Assembly: GCA_934489945.1 (NCBI GenBank)
Contig: CAKSSY010000004.1
Coordinates: forward strand, 1 to 59,654
DNA length: 59,654 bases
Direction: 5' to 3'
Source: an uncultured Eubacteriales bacterium
GTDB taxonomy: Bacteria; Bacillota; Clostridia; Oscillospirales; CAG-272
The notes beneath the pieces are model-generated. The model ran no database searches. It saw only the letters and a list, made by a program, of their open reading frames with translations, and was not told the DNA's origin. Position numbers and translations under genes: made by a program. Shown here one piece after another: positions 27,803 through 37,131 of this stretch. The stretch's first letter is position 1. Each line of letters opens with the position of its first letter.

Positions 27803-29518
27803 ATGAAACTTCTTGCCCGTTATCTGCACCCTTACAAGGAATTCATCGCCGTCAGTATGTTTCTCAAGGCGATCGGAACCGTTGCCGAGTTGATTATTCC
27901 GTATATCTCGGCTCATATTATCGACGATATTGTACCGACACAAAGCGTAAAGCGCATTGTTTTGTGGGGCTTCGGTATGATCCTCTGCGCTGCGGCGGCT
28001 CTTGCCTTCAACGCCGTTGCCAATTGTATGGTCTCCCGCACTTCACGGAACTTTACCCGTCAGCTCCGCCATGATCTCTTTGAAAGCACGATGAATCTCT
28101 CCTGCCGTGAAGCAGATCGGCTTACCGTCCCCAGTCTTGAGTCCCGTCTCACTTCCGATACCTATAACCTGCATCAGATGGTCGGTACCATTCAACGTCT
28201 CGGTATCCGTGCGCCGCTTTTGCTCATCGGCGGTATCGCCATCACACTGGTTCTCGACCATACTCTTTCGCTGGTCATGATCACTACGCTTCCTTTTATC
28301 ACAGTGGTCGTGTTGTTTATTACCAAAAAAGGAGTTCCTCTCTACAGCGGCGTGCAAAAAAAGGTGGACGATATGACCCGGATCGTCAGAGAAGACGCCC
28401 AAGGCATCCGCGTAATCAAAGCACTTTCCAAAAAAGATCATGAACGTGCCCGTTTTGATGTCGCCAATCACGCACTGGCGGATATGGAAAAGAGAGCCGA
28501 CATCACCATGGGGCTTTCCCGTCCCGTTATGCAGCTTTTTCTCAATCTCGGACTTGTCGGAGTCGTTCTGGTCGGTGCTTTCCGCGTGAATGACGGACTG
28601 ACACAACCCGGAAAAATCATTGCTTTTCTGCAATATTTCACTCTCATTTCCAATGCTATGCTTACGCTGACCCGAATTTTTGTCATTTACTCCAAGGGTC
28701 TTGCCTCTTCAAAACGCGTGGAGAAAGTTCTTGATGCCAAAAGCGAACTGACAATCCGCTCCGAAAGCAAAAAGCGAAAAGAACCTTATATTCGTTTCGA
28801 CAATGTTTCCTTCTCCTATTTTGACGGCAAACCCATTCTGCACGATTTTGACTTTTCCTTGGAAAAAGGACAAACACTCGGCATTATCGGTGCCACCGGC
28901 AGTGGAAAAAGTACCGTCATTAAACTCCTTATGCGTTTTTACGATGTCACAACAGGCAGTATCCGGATCGACGGACGAGATATTCGTGAAATTTCCGATG
29001 CCGAACTGCACAAACACTTCGGCGTTGCACTCCAGAATGATTTTTTCGGAGCTACTACCGTCCGCGAAAACATAGATTTCGGCAGAAACCTGCCGGAGAA
29101 AGAAATCCGGAAAGCGGCAGAACGAGCACAGGCAAGTGAGTTTATCAACACGTTTCCGGAAGGATACGATCACGAGATTTCCGCCAAGGGAACCAATATC
29201 AGCGGCGGACAAAAACAACGCCTGCTGATTGCCCGTGCGCTCGCCAAAGACCCCGACATTCTGATTCTGGATGACTCCTCCTCTGCCCTCGACTATAAGA
29301 CCGACCTTCTTCTTCGCCGTGCCATTGCCGAGGAAAATCAAAACACCACCGTAATCCTGATTGCACAGCGCGTCAGTACAGTGATGAATTCCGACCTTAT
29401 CCTTGTTCTCGATGAAGGCAGAATCATTGGTGCAGGTAAGCATGACGAACTGCTTGCCGGATGCGGAATTTATCGTGAGATCAGTGAATCACAGATGGGA
29501 GGTGCCATCCTTGAATAA
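27803..29518 (+). CDS. ABC exporter half-transporter (TMD-NBD), subunit with degenerate catalytic site
   Basis: 571 aa. Walker A GATGSGKST, signature ISGGQKQR. Walker B reads ILILDD (Asp replaces the catalytic Glu). Confidence 0.9.
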   Translation: MKLLARYLHPYKEFIAVSMFLKAIGTVAELIIPYISAHIIDDIVPTQSVKRIVLWGFGMILCAAAALAFNAVANCMVSRTSRNFTRQLRHDLFESTMNLSCREADRLTVPSLESRLTSDTYNLHQMVGTIQRLGIRAPLLLIGGIAITLVLDHTLSLVMITTLPFITVVVLFITKKGVPLYSGVQKKVDDMTRIVREDAQGIRVIKALSKKDHERARFDVANHALADMEKRADITMGLSRPVMQLFLNLGLVGVVLVGAFRVNDGLTQPGKIIAFLQYFTLISNAMLTLTRIFVIYSKGLASSKRVEKVLDAKSELTIRSESKKRKEPYIRFDNVSFSYFDGKPILHDFDFSLEKGQTLGIIGATGSGKSTVIKLLMRFYDVTTGSIRIDGRDIREISDAELHKHFGVALQNDFFGATTVRENIDFGRNLPEKEIRKAAERAQASEFINTFPEGYDHEISAKGTNISGGQKQRLLIARALAKDPDILILDDSSSALDYKTDLLLRRAIAEENQNTTVILIAQRVSTVMNSDLILVLDEGRIIGAGKHDELLAGCGIYREISESQMGGAILE

Positions 29519-31343
29519 ACAACTGCGCGGCTTTACCAAAGCTACACATACCGAAGATGCGCCTGCCAAAAATGTGCGGATTGCCGTCATCAAACGTCTC
29601 GGGAAATATCTGTTCCGGTACAAATTCTCGGTTCTTCTGATTCTCGCCCTGATGCTGACCTCCAATATTTTGGCTCTTGCCGCGCCAAAGCTCTCGGGCA
29701 AAGCAATTAACGCAATGGCACCGGGAATCGGTGCAGTCGACTTTGACAGCGTAATCCGCTATGTGGTTCTGATGGCGATTTGTTACCTCATTTCGGCTGT
29801 CTTCTCCTATATATTGTCAATTCTGATGACATCGCTCAGTAAAAAAATCGTTTACACCATGCGTCGTCAGGTTTTTGAAAGATTGACAGAACTTCCGGTT
29901 TCTTTCTTCGACAGCCATGCCACAGGCGACATTATCAGCCATATTTCTTATGATATCGATGTGGTAAATGTTTCGCTCTCGCATGACCTGTTGCAAGTTC
30001 TCACAAGCGTTGTGACAGTGATCGGCTCGCTCATCATGATGCTCTCGATTGCGCCGGCTCTTCTTATTGTTTTCTTTTTCACGGTGCCGGCATCCATCCT
30101 GTTTGCCAAGTGGAAAACTGCCCGCACAAGACCGTTGTTCCGCAAACGCTCCGCGTCATTGGGGGAACTCAACGGATACGCCGAGGAAATGCTCTCCGGA
30201 CATAAAACCGTAAAAGCCTATGGACGAGAAGAAATCTTTCTTGGGCAGTTTGATGAGAAAAATGAACGTGCCGTTACCGATTATTATAACGCCGAATTTC
30301 AGGGTTCCTTCATGGGACCCGTGGTAAACTTCATAAACAATGTCTCCATTTCGATGGTGGCAATGCTGGGCGGAATTTTCTATATGCTGACCATGACAAG
30401 GGGAGCCGCATTTCCCGCCATCCTCCGCGTACAGCTCGGTGACGTCGGTTCCTTTATCCAGTATTCCCGCAAATTTTCGGGACCGATCAATGAATTTGCC
30501 AACATTCTGCACGATCTGCAATCCGCCTGTGCCGCGGCAGAACGGGTATTCAACATTTTGGACGAAACTCCCGAAAAGCCGGATGCCGAAGGCGCAAAAG
30601 ACCTTGAATTTGTCAGCGGAAATGTTGACATTGACCATGTCCGCTTCGGCTATACTCCTCAGAAAACCGTCATTCATGACCTTGATCTGCACGTCAAAGC
30701 CAATACAACCGTTGCCATCGTGGGACCAACGGGCTCCGGCAAAACCACCATCATCAATCTGTTGATGCGTTTTTACGATGCCGACGCGGGAAGCATCCGA
30801 ATCGACAATCAAGACATCTGTCGCGTCACGCGTGACAGTCTGCGCCGCACCTACGCCATGGTTCTCCAGGAAACATGGCTGTTCTGCGGAACCATCCTTG
30901 AGAATATTACCTACGGCAAGGATACTGCAACGCGTGAAGAGGCAATTCGGGCGGCGAAAGCGGCAAAGATACATACTTATATCGAATCTCTCCCCAACGG
31001 CTATGATACACTTCTGACCGACGACGGCATCAACATATCCAAGGGACAAAAACAGTTGATAACCATTGCACGGGCAATGCTTTCGGATGCCCCCATTCTG
31101 ATTCTTGACGAGGCGACCTCCAACGTCGACTCGCGCACCGAAATTCAGATTCGCGAAGCAATGAACACGCTGATGGAAAACCGCACCTGTTTTGTCATAG
31201 CTCACCGCCTTTCCACCATCCGCAATGCAGACCGGATTCTGGTATTCAAAGATGGAAATGTGATCGAACAAGGAAGTCACGATGAGCTGATGAAAATGAA
31301 TGGTTTTTACGCGTCTCTTTATAACTCTCAGTTCGTAAAATAA
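29511..31343 (+). CDS. ABC exporter half-transporter (TMD-NBD), subunit with canonical Walker B
   Basis: ORF 29403..31343. Start preferred at TTG 29511 (GGGAGG 8 nt upstream, 8-nt overlap with the upstream stop). Walker A GPTGSGKTT, Walker B ILILDEAT, signature degenerate (ISKGQKQ). Confidence 0.9.
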   Translation: MNKQLRGFTKATHTEDAPAKNVRIAVIKRLGKYLFRYKFSVLLILALMLTSNILALAAPKLSGKAINAMAPGIGAVDFDSVIRYVVLMAICYLISAVFSYILSILMTSLSKKIVYTMRRQVFERLTELPVSFFDSHATGDIISHISYDIDVVNVSLSHDLLQVLTSVVTVIGSLIMMLSIAPALLIVFFFTVPASILFAKWKTARTRPLFRKRSASLGELNGYAEEMLSGHKTVKAYGREEIFLGQFDEKNERAVTDYYNAEFQGSFMGPVVNFINNVSISMVAMLGGIFYMLTMTRGAAFPAILRVQLGDVGSFIQYSRKFSGPINEFANILHDLQSACAAAERVFNILDETPEKPDAEGAKDLEFVSGNVDIDHVRFGYTPQKTVIHDLDLHVKANTTVAIVGPTGSGKTTIINLLMRFYDADAGSIRIDNQDICRVTRDSLRRTYAMVLQETWLFCGTILENITYGKDTATREEAIRAAKAAKIHTYIESLPNGYDTLLTDDGINISKGQKQLITIARAMLSDAPILILDEATSNVDSRTEIQIREAMNTLMENRTCFVIAHRLSTIRNADRILVFKDGNVIEQGSHDELMKMNGFYASLYNSQFVK

Positions 31344-31361
31344 CCGTTTGTTGAAGAAGAA

Positions 31362-31555
31362 AAGGCGGTGTTAAAAAACTCTTTTTGAGTTTTTTAACAC
31401 CGCCTTCAACATAAATCCTGACGATCTGACCGACACCGCCGGTTTGTTGCAAAAGAGAACAACAGGCGAAAACGACCGGAATTACGTTAAAAATGCCGGC
31501 ATCCCGAACGGTAGCTTTGAGGGGCGGGTAAAAACACCGAGTTTTTACCCGCCCC
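31362..31555 (+). repeat. Three-hairpin intergenic repeat element, copy 2
   Basis: H1 at 31362-31406 (20-bp perfect arms, aaggcggtgttaaaaaactc). H3 at 31521-31555 (ggggcgggtaaaaac/gtttttacccgcccc). The internal sequence aligns with copies 1 and 3. Confidence 0.8.
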
Positions 31556-31580
31556 GTTTCACTTTAGCGTCTGTCTTCTG

Positions 31581-34580
31581 TTACTGTTTAATTTCTTCCA
31601 TAATAAAGGCTTCCAAAACGTCGCCGACCTTGATATCGTTGAACTTTTCAAGTCCGACACCGCACTCATAGCCGGCAGCGACCTCACGCACATCATCTTT
31701 GAAACGACGGAGCGAGGAAATCTTATCCTCATAAATCACAACACCGTCACGCACTACGCGGATCTGCGAATTTCTTGTAATTTTTCCGTCCTGAACATAG
31801 GAACCGGCAATTGTTCCGACATTGGGAACATGAATCGTCTGACGCACTTCGGCGTGCCCAAGCAGATTCTCCTTGAATTTCGGTGCCAAAAGTCCCTTCA
31901 TCGCGGCTGTTATCTCCTCGATACAGTCGTAGATGACACGGTAGGTGCGAATCTCGACATCCTGTCTTTCAGCAGAATCCAGCGCACCTTTATCGGGACG
32001 GACATTGAATCCGACAATAATCGCGTTGGAAGCCGCAGCAAGCATAACATCGCCTTCATTGATACCACCCGCAGCAGAGTGAATGACCTTTACACGAACT
32101 TCTTCATTGGATATCTTTTCCAACGATGCCTTGACCGCCTCAGCAGAGCCGACCACATCGGCTTTTACAATAATGCTCAGCGTCTTGACACCCTCGGAAA
32201 TCTGATTGAACAAGTCATTCAGGCTGACACGGCTGTTTTCTTTGAATTCCTCTTCCTTCGCCTTACTGCGACGATTTCCGGCAAGCTCACGTGCCATTCT
32301 TTCATCCGCAACCACATGAAATTCTTCACCCGAGATCGGCACTTCATCAAGACCTACCATCTCAACCGGCACAGAAGGAGCCGCCTCCTTGACCGGTCGA
32401 CCGGTATGGTCGCTCATAGCACGAACACGTCCGACAGCGGTTCCGGCAATGACCGTGTCGCCCGTATGAAGTGTACCATTCTGAACCAGTACCGTCACAA
32501 CAGGACCGCGACCTTTATCCAACTTGCCTTCGATAACGATTCCCTTTGCTCTGCGATTCGGATTTGCCTTCAGCTCTTTCACCTCGGCAACCAAAAGCAC
32601 GCTTTCAAGAAGATCGTCAATACCTTCATGCGTAAGAGCCGAAACGGGAACACAAAGTACATCTCCGCCCCATTCTTCGGGAACCAGATCGTACTTGGTC
32701 AATTCCTGCTTGATCGCATCGGGATTGGCACCCGGTTTATCCATTTTGTTGATTGCAACAATAATATCAACGCCCGCCGCCTTAGCATGATTGATGGCTT
32801 CAACCGTCTGCGGCATCACGCCGTCGTCCGCGGCAACCACAAGGATGGCAATATCGGTTGCCATAGCACCTCTGGCACGCATTGCGGTAAACGCCTCGTG
32901 ACCGGGGGTATCCAGGAACGTTATATCCTGCCCCTTGACTTTCACGCGATAAGCACCGATGTGCTGAGTAATACCGCCCGCTTCTCCCGAAGTGACATGC
33001 GTATTCCGGATGGCATCCAAAAGCGAAGTCTTACCGTGGTCAACGTGTCCCATGACGCAGACAACGGGAGCACGAGGCACCAATTCTTCCTTGCTGTCCT
33101 CTGCCTCGTCAAACAGTTTATCCTCTATGGTGACAACCACTTCCTTGGTAATATTGGCACCCATTTCGTCGGCAACAAGATATGCGGTATCGTAGTCGAT
33201 AAGCTGATTGACCGTAACCGTCACTCCCATCAGCATCAAACGTTTCATCACCTCTGCCGCTGTAGCCTTCAAACGGGAAGCAAGTTCTCCCACCGAAATT
33301 TCATCGGGAATCGAAACGTTGACCGGTACTTTTTTGACCGGTGCAACAGGACCGCGCTTGCTCTTGGCAAAGCGTTTCTGCGGAATAGGAGCATTGGTAT
33401 TTTTCTTCTTGATATGCTGATTGCCACCACGAAGATCCGCCACGGCATCCGACACAAAAGAAGTGAGTTTGTCGTCATATTTTGAAAGATCAACCGAACC
33501 GCCGCGCATATCGACCACGCGGGTAGCACCGCGGAGCTTGGATGTGTTGCCGCCCCCCTTGGGTGTCTGTTCACGAATGATCTGTTGCGGCTGGAATTTT
33601 TCACGAGGGGCACTCTGGAATCCACCGGAATCCTTATCTCTCATACCACTGAAGCCCTGTCCCTGCGGACGCTGCCCGAACGGACGTGACTGACCGCCCT
33701 GCGGACGCTGTCCCATACCTCCCTGTGCGGGGCGGGAGTTCTGTCCGTTGAAACGGTTGTTCGGCGAATAAGTGCCGTTTCCGGCAGAAGCGTTCTGTTG
33801 CGGACGGAAACCACCGGCATTTTGCGAATTCGGTGCAGGCTGCGTATTCGGGCGGGAACCGTTGTTCGGTGTTCCGTAAGTTCTCTGCTGATACCCGCCG
33901 GAGGTGGCGGCTCTCGACTGCACGATCGGTCTTGCGCCAAACGGCTGTTTTGTTGTCGATTCTGCCGCAGTTGACCGAACAATCGGACGACTGAGCGAAA
34001 CCTCATTTGCACCGCCATGAGCCCCGGACGGTTTCTGGTTTTTCATAATCGGGTTTTCCACAGGCTTCTCTGCCGCCTTTTCAACCGGTCTCTCGGCGGG
34101 CTTTTCTGCCGCCTTTTCAATCGGCTTCTCGACAGGCTTCTCTGCCGCCTTTTCAATCGGCTTCTCAACAGGCTTCTCTGCCGCCTTTTCTACTGGCTTC
34201 TCGGCGGGCTTTTCTGTCGCCTTTTCTACCGACTTCTCGGCGGGCTTTTCTATTGCCTTTTCTACCGGCTTCTCCGGTTTCTTTTCACCGACGGTCTCTT
34301 CCGATGTTTTCCCCGCTTTTTCTTCCTTTATCGTCTCGGCAGGAGCCTTTTTCGCCTTGGAGGGAATATAAGTGATACCGTCAAGATAATTTTCGATTTC
34401 CGTGATTTGGTTGTCTTTGGTTATCGTGTCAAAAAGCACGTTGAATTCCGTCGCCTCAAGGGCTTTCTGCGTGTTTTTGACTTCAAAGCCTTTTCCGACA
34501 AGAAGATCCACAATATCCTTACTTTTCTTCCCGAGGTCCTTTGCAATTTGATTGATTTTGAACTGAGGGTTTACTGCCAT
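31581..34580 (-). CDS. infB: Translation initiation factor IF-2
   Basis: ORF 31581..34664. Start set at [17 protein letters not shown] (34580). GTPase motifs [14 protein letters not shown] and NKMD. Repetitive Lys/Glu/Pro-rich N-domain. Confidence 0.95.
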   Translation of the reverse strand: MAVNPQFKINQIAKDLGKKSKDIVDLLVGKGFEVKNTQKALEATEFNVLFDTITKDNQITEIENYLDGITYIPSKAKKAPAETIKEEKAGKTSEETVGEKKPEKPVEKAIEKPAEKSVEKATEKPAEKPVEKAAEKPVEKPIEKAAEKPVEKPIEKAAEKPAERPVEKAAEKPVENPIMKNQKPSGAHGGANEVSLSRPIVRSTAAESTTKQPFGARPIVQSRAATSGGYQQRTYGTPNNGSRPNTQPAPNSQNAGGFRPQQNASAGNGTYSPNNRFNGQNSRPAQGGMGQRPQGGQSRPFGQRPQGQGFSGMRDKDSGGFQSAPREKFQPQQIIREQTPKGGGNTSKLRGATRVVDMRGGSVDLSKYDDKLTSFVSDAVADLRGGNQHIKKKNTNAPIPQKRFAKSKRGPVAPVKKVPVNVSIPDEISVGELASRLKATAAEVMKRLMLMGVTVTVNQLIDYDTAYLVADEMGANITKEVVVTIEDKLFDEAEDSKEELVPRAPVVCVMGHVDHGKTSLLDAIRNTHVTSGEAGGITQHIGAYRVKVKGQDITFLDTPGHEAFTAMRARGAMATDIAILVVAADDGVMPQTVEAINHAKAAGVDIIVAINKMDKPGANPDAIKQELTKYDLVPEEWGGDVLCVPVSALTHEGIDDLLESVLLVAEVKELKANPNRRAKGIVIEGKLDKGRGPVVTVLVQNGTLHTGDTVIAGTAVGRVRAMSDHTGRPVKEAAPSVPVEMVGLDEVPISGEEFHVVADERMARELAGNRRSKAKEEEFKENSRVSLNDLFNQISEGVKTLSIIVKADVVGSAEAVKASLEKISNEEVRVKVIHSAAGGINEGDVMLAAASNAIIVGFNVRPDKGALDSAERQDVEIRTYRVIYDCIEEITAAMKGLLAPKFKENLLGHAEVRQTIHVPNVGTIAGSYVQDGKITRNSQIRVVRDGVVIYEDKISSLRRFKDDVREVAAGYECGVGLEKFNDIKVGDVLEAFIMEEIKQ
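34052..34290 (-). repeat. In-frame 36-nt (12-aa) tandem repeats inside infB
   Basis: The unit ggcttctctgccgccttttcaatcggcttctc.aca is repeated. It encodes (A)[11 protein letters not shown]-type repeats in the IF-2 N-terminal region. Confidence 0.8.
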
Positions 34581-34706
34581 ACAATGCCCTGCCTTTCTTT
34601 TGTGTCCGGGTGATCCGAAGCCTTGCTTGATTGAGTAAAGGGTTCGCCTCGGATCGCCACGCAATTCTCTCTCGGGTGGCCTCCAAGACTTTATTTTGTT
34701 TGTTTT

Positions 34707-35054
34707 TTATTTGAACAATTTCATAATTCCCGCGGCAAAATGTCCGTCGGTTACACCGACCGCGGCAAGTTCTCCGCCTTTTCCGAGGGCGTGACCGAAT
34801 TTTTCCGCCGTTACATTTACGGTAAAAAGTTTTACACCGTAATAGGTACATCTGTCCGTCAAACGCTTTTTTGTATTTTCCGCCGCACCGCTCGCCATCA
34901 CCACCAGACAGATACCTTTGCCGTCCCGCAAACTGTCACAGATAAGCTGTGTTCCGGGAATCAGCCGTCCCGCCTTGGCACAAAGTCCAAGCAATCCGAG
35001 AACCCGGTCGGATGTGTCGGCTTTTTTTTTCTGATCCTTTTCGGTGTCACACAT
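34707..35054 (-). CDS. ylxQ: L7Ae-family RNA-binding protein YlxQ
   Basis: ORF 34707..35111. Start at MCDTEKD (35054), overlapping the ylxR stop by 8 nt. Conserved position between ylxR and infB. GLCAKAGRL motif. Confidence 0.8.
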   Translation of the reverse strand: MCDTEKDQKKKADTSDRVLGLLGLCAKAGRLIPGTQLICDSLRDGKGICLVVMASGAAENTKKRLTDRCTYYGVKLFTVNVTAEKFGHALGKGGELAAVGVTDGHFAAGIMKLFK

Positions 35055-35322
35055 TTTCTTCCAATTCCTTTTCCATCGCGTCATAGACTTCCTCCGGAAT
35101 CTCACATTCAAGGCTACGATCGATTCTTTTCGCCTTGCGTGCCTTCCTCAGACATGCGATGTCGCGGCAGATATATGCCCCGCGTCCGTTCATTCTGCCC
35201 TTAAAATCCAGCACAACGCTTCCCTCCGGGGTGCGAACCACACGCATCAGGTCTGCCTTCGGCTTATGCTCGTTGCATCCGAGACATCTGCGCTCGGGAA
35301 TCTTGCGTTTTTTCTGTTCCAT
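35047..35322 (-). CDS. ylxR: YlxR/RnpM (DUF448) RNA-binding protein
   Basis: ORF 35047..35352. Start at MEQKKRK (35322), AAGGA 7 nt upstream. R.C.GC...K..L.R and GRGAY.C motifs. Confidence 0.85.
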   Translation of the reverse strand: MEQKKRKIPERRCLGCNEHKPKADLMRVVRTPEGSVVLDFKGRMNGRGAYICRDIACLRKARKAKRIDRSLECEIPEEVYDAMEKELEENV

Positions 35323-35332
35323 AGCAAATTCC

Positions 35333-36358
35333 TTATTCCGTTTTAATGTCAATCTTCATACCGGTCAGCTTGGCGGCAAGACGTGCATTCTGCCCTTCTT
35401 TTCCGATAGCAAGGGAGAGCTGCTCGGGAGAAACAATCACACGACAACTTCTCTCCGCCGTCATCACCACCGAGTCAACCTTGGCAGGAGCCAAAGCCGC
35501 CGCCACATATTCGCCGGCATCTTCGCTGTATTTCACAATATCGATCTTTTCCCCGCCAAGTTCATCCACAATTCCGGCGATTCTCATACCGTGGTTTCCG
35601 ATGCAGGCACCGACTGCGTCAACATCCTCGTCGCGTGAATAAACGGCAATTTTGGTACGGGAGCCTGCCTCTCGCGCCACGCCCTTAATCAGTACAATAC
35701 CGTCGGCAATCTCGGGAATTTCCAATTCAAACATACGCCGAACCAATCCTGCATGCACACGGGACAGCGTAACCAGCGGACCGCGAGATTCCTTACTGAC
35801 CTCAATGATGTACACCCTGACCTTCTGACCGACCTCAAATGTCTCACCGGGAATCTGCTCACTCTTCATCAGCGTGGCATACCCCGTACCGGTATCCAAA
35901 ACCACATTGCCGCTGATATCATCAATTTTACTGACAGTGGCGGTAATAATCTCCTCACGCTTGCTTTCGTAAGCCCGTTGCATAGCGTGTCTTTCCCCCT
36001 CACGAATTCCCTGAATAATCACGGATTTTGCCGCACCCGCACTCAAGCGACGGAATTCTTTGGTCTTCAATTCGTTCTCAATAATATCTCCGACCACATG
36101 TCGCTTGCTGAGGGCCTTGGCATCCTCCAGTGAAATTTCGGTTTCGGGATCCTCAACCGTCTCCACCACGGTTTTTTGCTGATAGAGTTTCACATCCTGC
36201 TTTTCGGGATCAATCAGCACCCTGACATTGGTACTGTTTCCGTACTCTTTTTTATATGCCGAAACGAGAGCTGCCTCGATTTTTTCATACATATACTCTT
36301 TCGGGATGCCCTTTTCCTTCTCCAGCATATCAAGGGCGATGAAAAATTCCTTATTCAT
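35333..36358 (-). CDS. nusA: Transcription termination/antitermination factor NusA
   Basis: 341 aa. N-terminal domain, S1 domain and two KH domains (GACIG..G.R, AIGKEGQNARLAAKLTG). Confidence 0.95.
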   Translation of the reverse strand: MNKEFFIALDMLEKEKGIPKEYMYEKIEAALVSAYKKEYGNSTNVRVLIDPEKQDVKLYQQKTVVETVEDPETEISLEDAKALSKRHVVGDIIENELKTKEFRRLSAGAAKSVIIQGIREGERHAMQRAYESKREEIITATVSKIDDISGNVVLDTGTGYATLMKSEQIPGETFEVGQKVRVYIIEVSKESRGPLVTLSRVHAGLVRRMFELEIPEIADGIVLIKGVAREAGSRTKIAVYSRDEDVDAVGACIGNHGMRIAGIVDELGGEKIDIVKYSEDAGEYVAAALAPAKVDSVVMTAERSCRVIVSPEQLSLAIGKEGQNARLAAKLTGMKIDIKTE

Positions 36359-36391
36359 GAGTTGAATCCTTTCCTTTTGTCACAAAACAAA

Positions 36392-36865
36392 TCAGTCTCC
36401 GAAATCAAAGACCGTTTTCAATTTAGATACCGCCGCACGTGCAAAGGTTTGCATCCCGCGTTCGGTTTCAAGGGTGATTCCCCCGTTTTCGTAGCCAATG
36501 AGCTTACCGACAAAGCTCTTGGAGCCATCCTGTGGAGCAAACAAACGCACTTCCACTTTGGCACCGATGCTTGCCGCAATGTGTTCTTCCGTTCTCAACT
36601 CCCTCTCAATGCCGGGAGAACTGACTTCAAGATAATAGGGATCGGCAATCGGATCCGCCTCATCGAGAATCGGGTCAATTGCACGGTGCATCTTTTCACA
36701 GTCATCAATCGAGATGCCCGTCGTCGAATCTATGGTGATGCGCAGGATCATTCTTGTCCCTTCCTTGACATACTCAACATCCCACAGCAGATACCCGAGT
36801 TCCCGTGCCACCGGCGCAACCAATTCCCGCACAACAGCAGCCACACTTTTTGCACTTGTACTCAT
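36392..36865 (-). CDS. rimP: Ribosome maturation factor RimP
   Basis: 157 aa. L.V.SPGI.R.L motif (YLEVSSPGIEREL). Conserved position upstream of nusA. Confidence 0.9.
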   Translation of the reverse strand: MSTSAKSVAAVVRELVAPVARELGYLLWDVEYVKEGTRMILRITIDSTTGISIDDCEKMHRAIDPILDEADPIADPYYLEVSSPGIERELRTEEHIAASIGAKVEVRLFAPQDGSKSFVGKLIGYENGGITLETERGMQTFARAAVSKLKTVFDFGD

Positions 36866-36953
36866 AAAAACCTCAGCCTAAAAAATGCTTCATTTCAACA
36901 ATTAAGAGTGGACCGAAGCCCACTCCCATACAATCCACACAATACTATAACAT

Positions 36954-36982
36954 AGTATATCACATTTTTTTCACTTTCGCAA
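36954..36982 (-). promoter_or_regulatory. Sigma-A type promoter for the rimP-nusA-infB operon
   Basis: Minus strand: TTGCGA (36982-36977), 17 bp, TATACT (36959-36954). The leader of roughly 85-90 nt contains the hairpin agtgggcttcggtccact. Confidence 0.6.
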
Positions 36983-37062
36983 GAGGCATTTGAATATTTT
37001 TTTCATTTTTTTATAATTTCAGAAAACTTTTCCAAAAAAATCATTTCCGCCTCATTTGGTTG

Positions 37063-37091
37063 TTTACAAATCGACAAAAATATGGTATACT
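37063..37091 (+). promoter_or_regulatory. Sigma-A type promoter for yybS-gdpP-rplI-dnaB
   Basis: TTTACA (37063-37068), 17 bp, TATACT (37086-37091), with TG at the extended -10. Confidence 0.65.
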
Positions 37092-37131
37092 ATTGTAATA
37101 TTGATGGATTTGCGGAAAGGAATCATTACGC

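Noticed and set aside
27674-27943. N-terminal extensions in the supplied ORF track: spoVAD +90 aa, spoVAE 26685-26918, ppiB 8792-8941, the fusion enzyme 58073-58507 and the giant gene 52095-52166.
   Set aside because: The extensions run through promoter or terminator sequence or through the upstream gene, lack an RBS, and are absent from the conserved family N-termini. In each case an internal Met with a good RBS matches the family start.
29403-29510. A 36-codon upstream extension of the second ABC subunit that overlaps the first subunit.
   Set aside because: It lies in an alternative frame of the first subunit's conserved C-terminus. TTG 29511, with GGGAGG 8 nt upstream, gives the typical N-terminus.
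34052-34290. Regularly spaced repeats that could be mistaken for a CRISPR array or VNTR locus.
   Set aside because: The units are contiguous, with no spacers, are in frame, and lie inside the infB coding sequence. They encode the Lys/Glu/Pro repeat of IF-2.
36866-37131. The AT-rich 266-bp divergent region between rimP and yybS as a replication origin.
   Set aside because: It has only one degenerate DnaA-box-like 9-mer (caatccaca) and no dnaA/dnaN nearby. Two good divergent sigma-A promoters explain the region.
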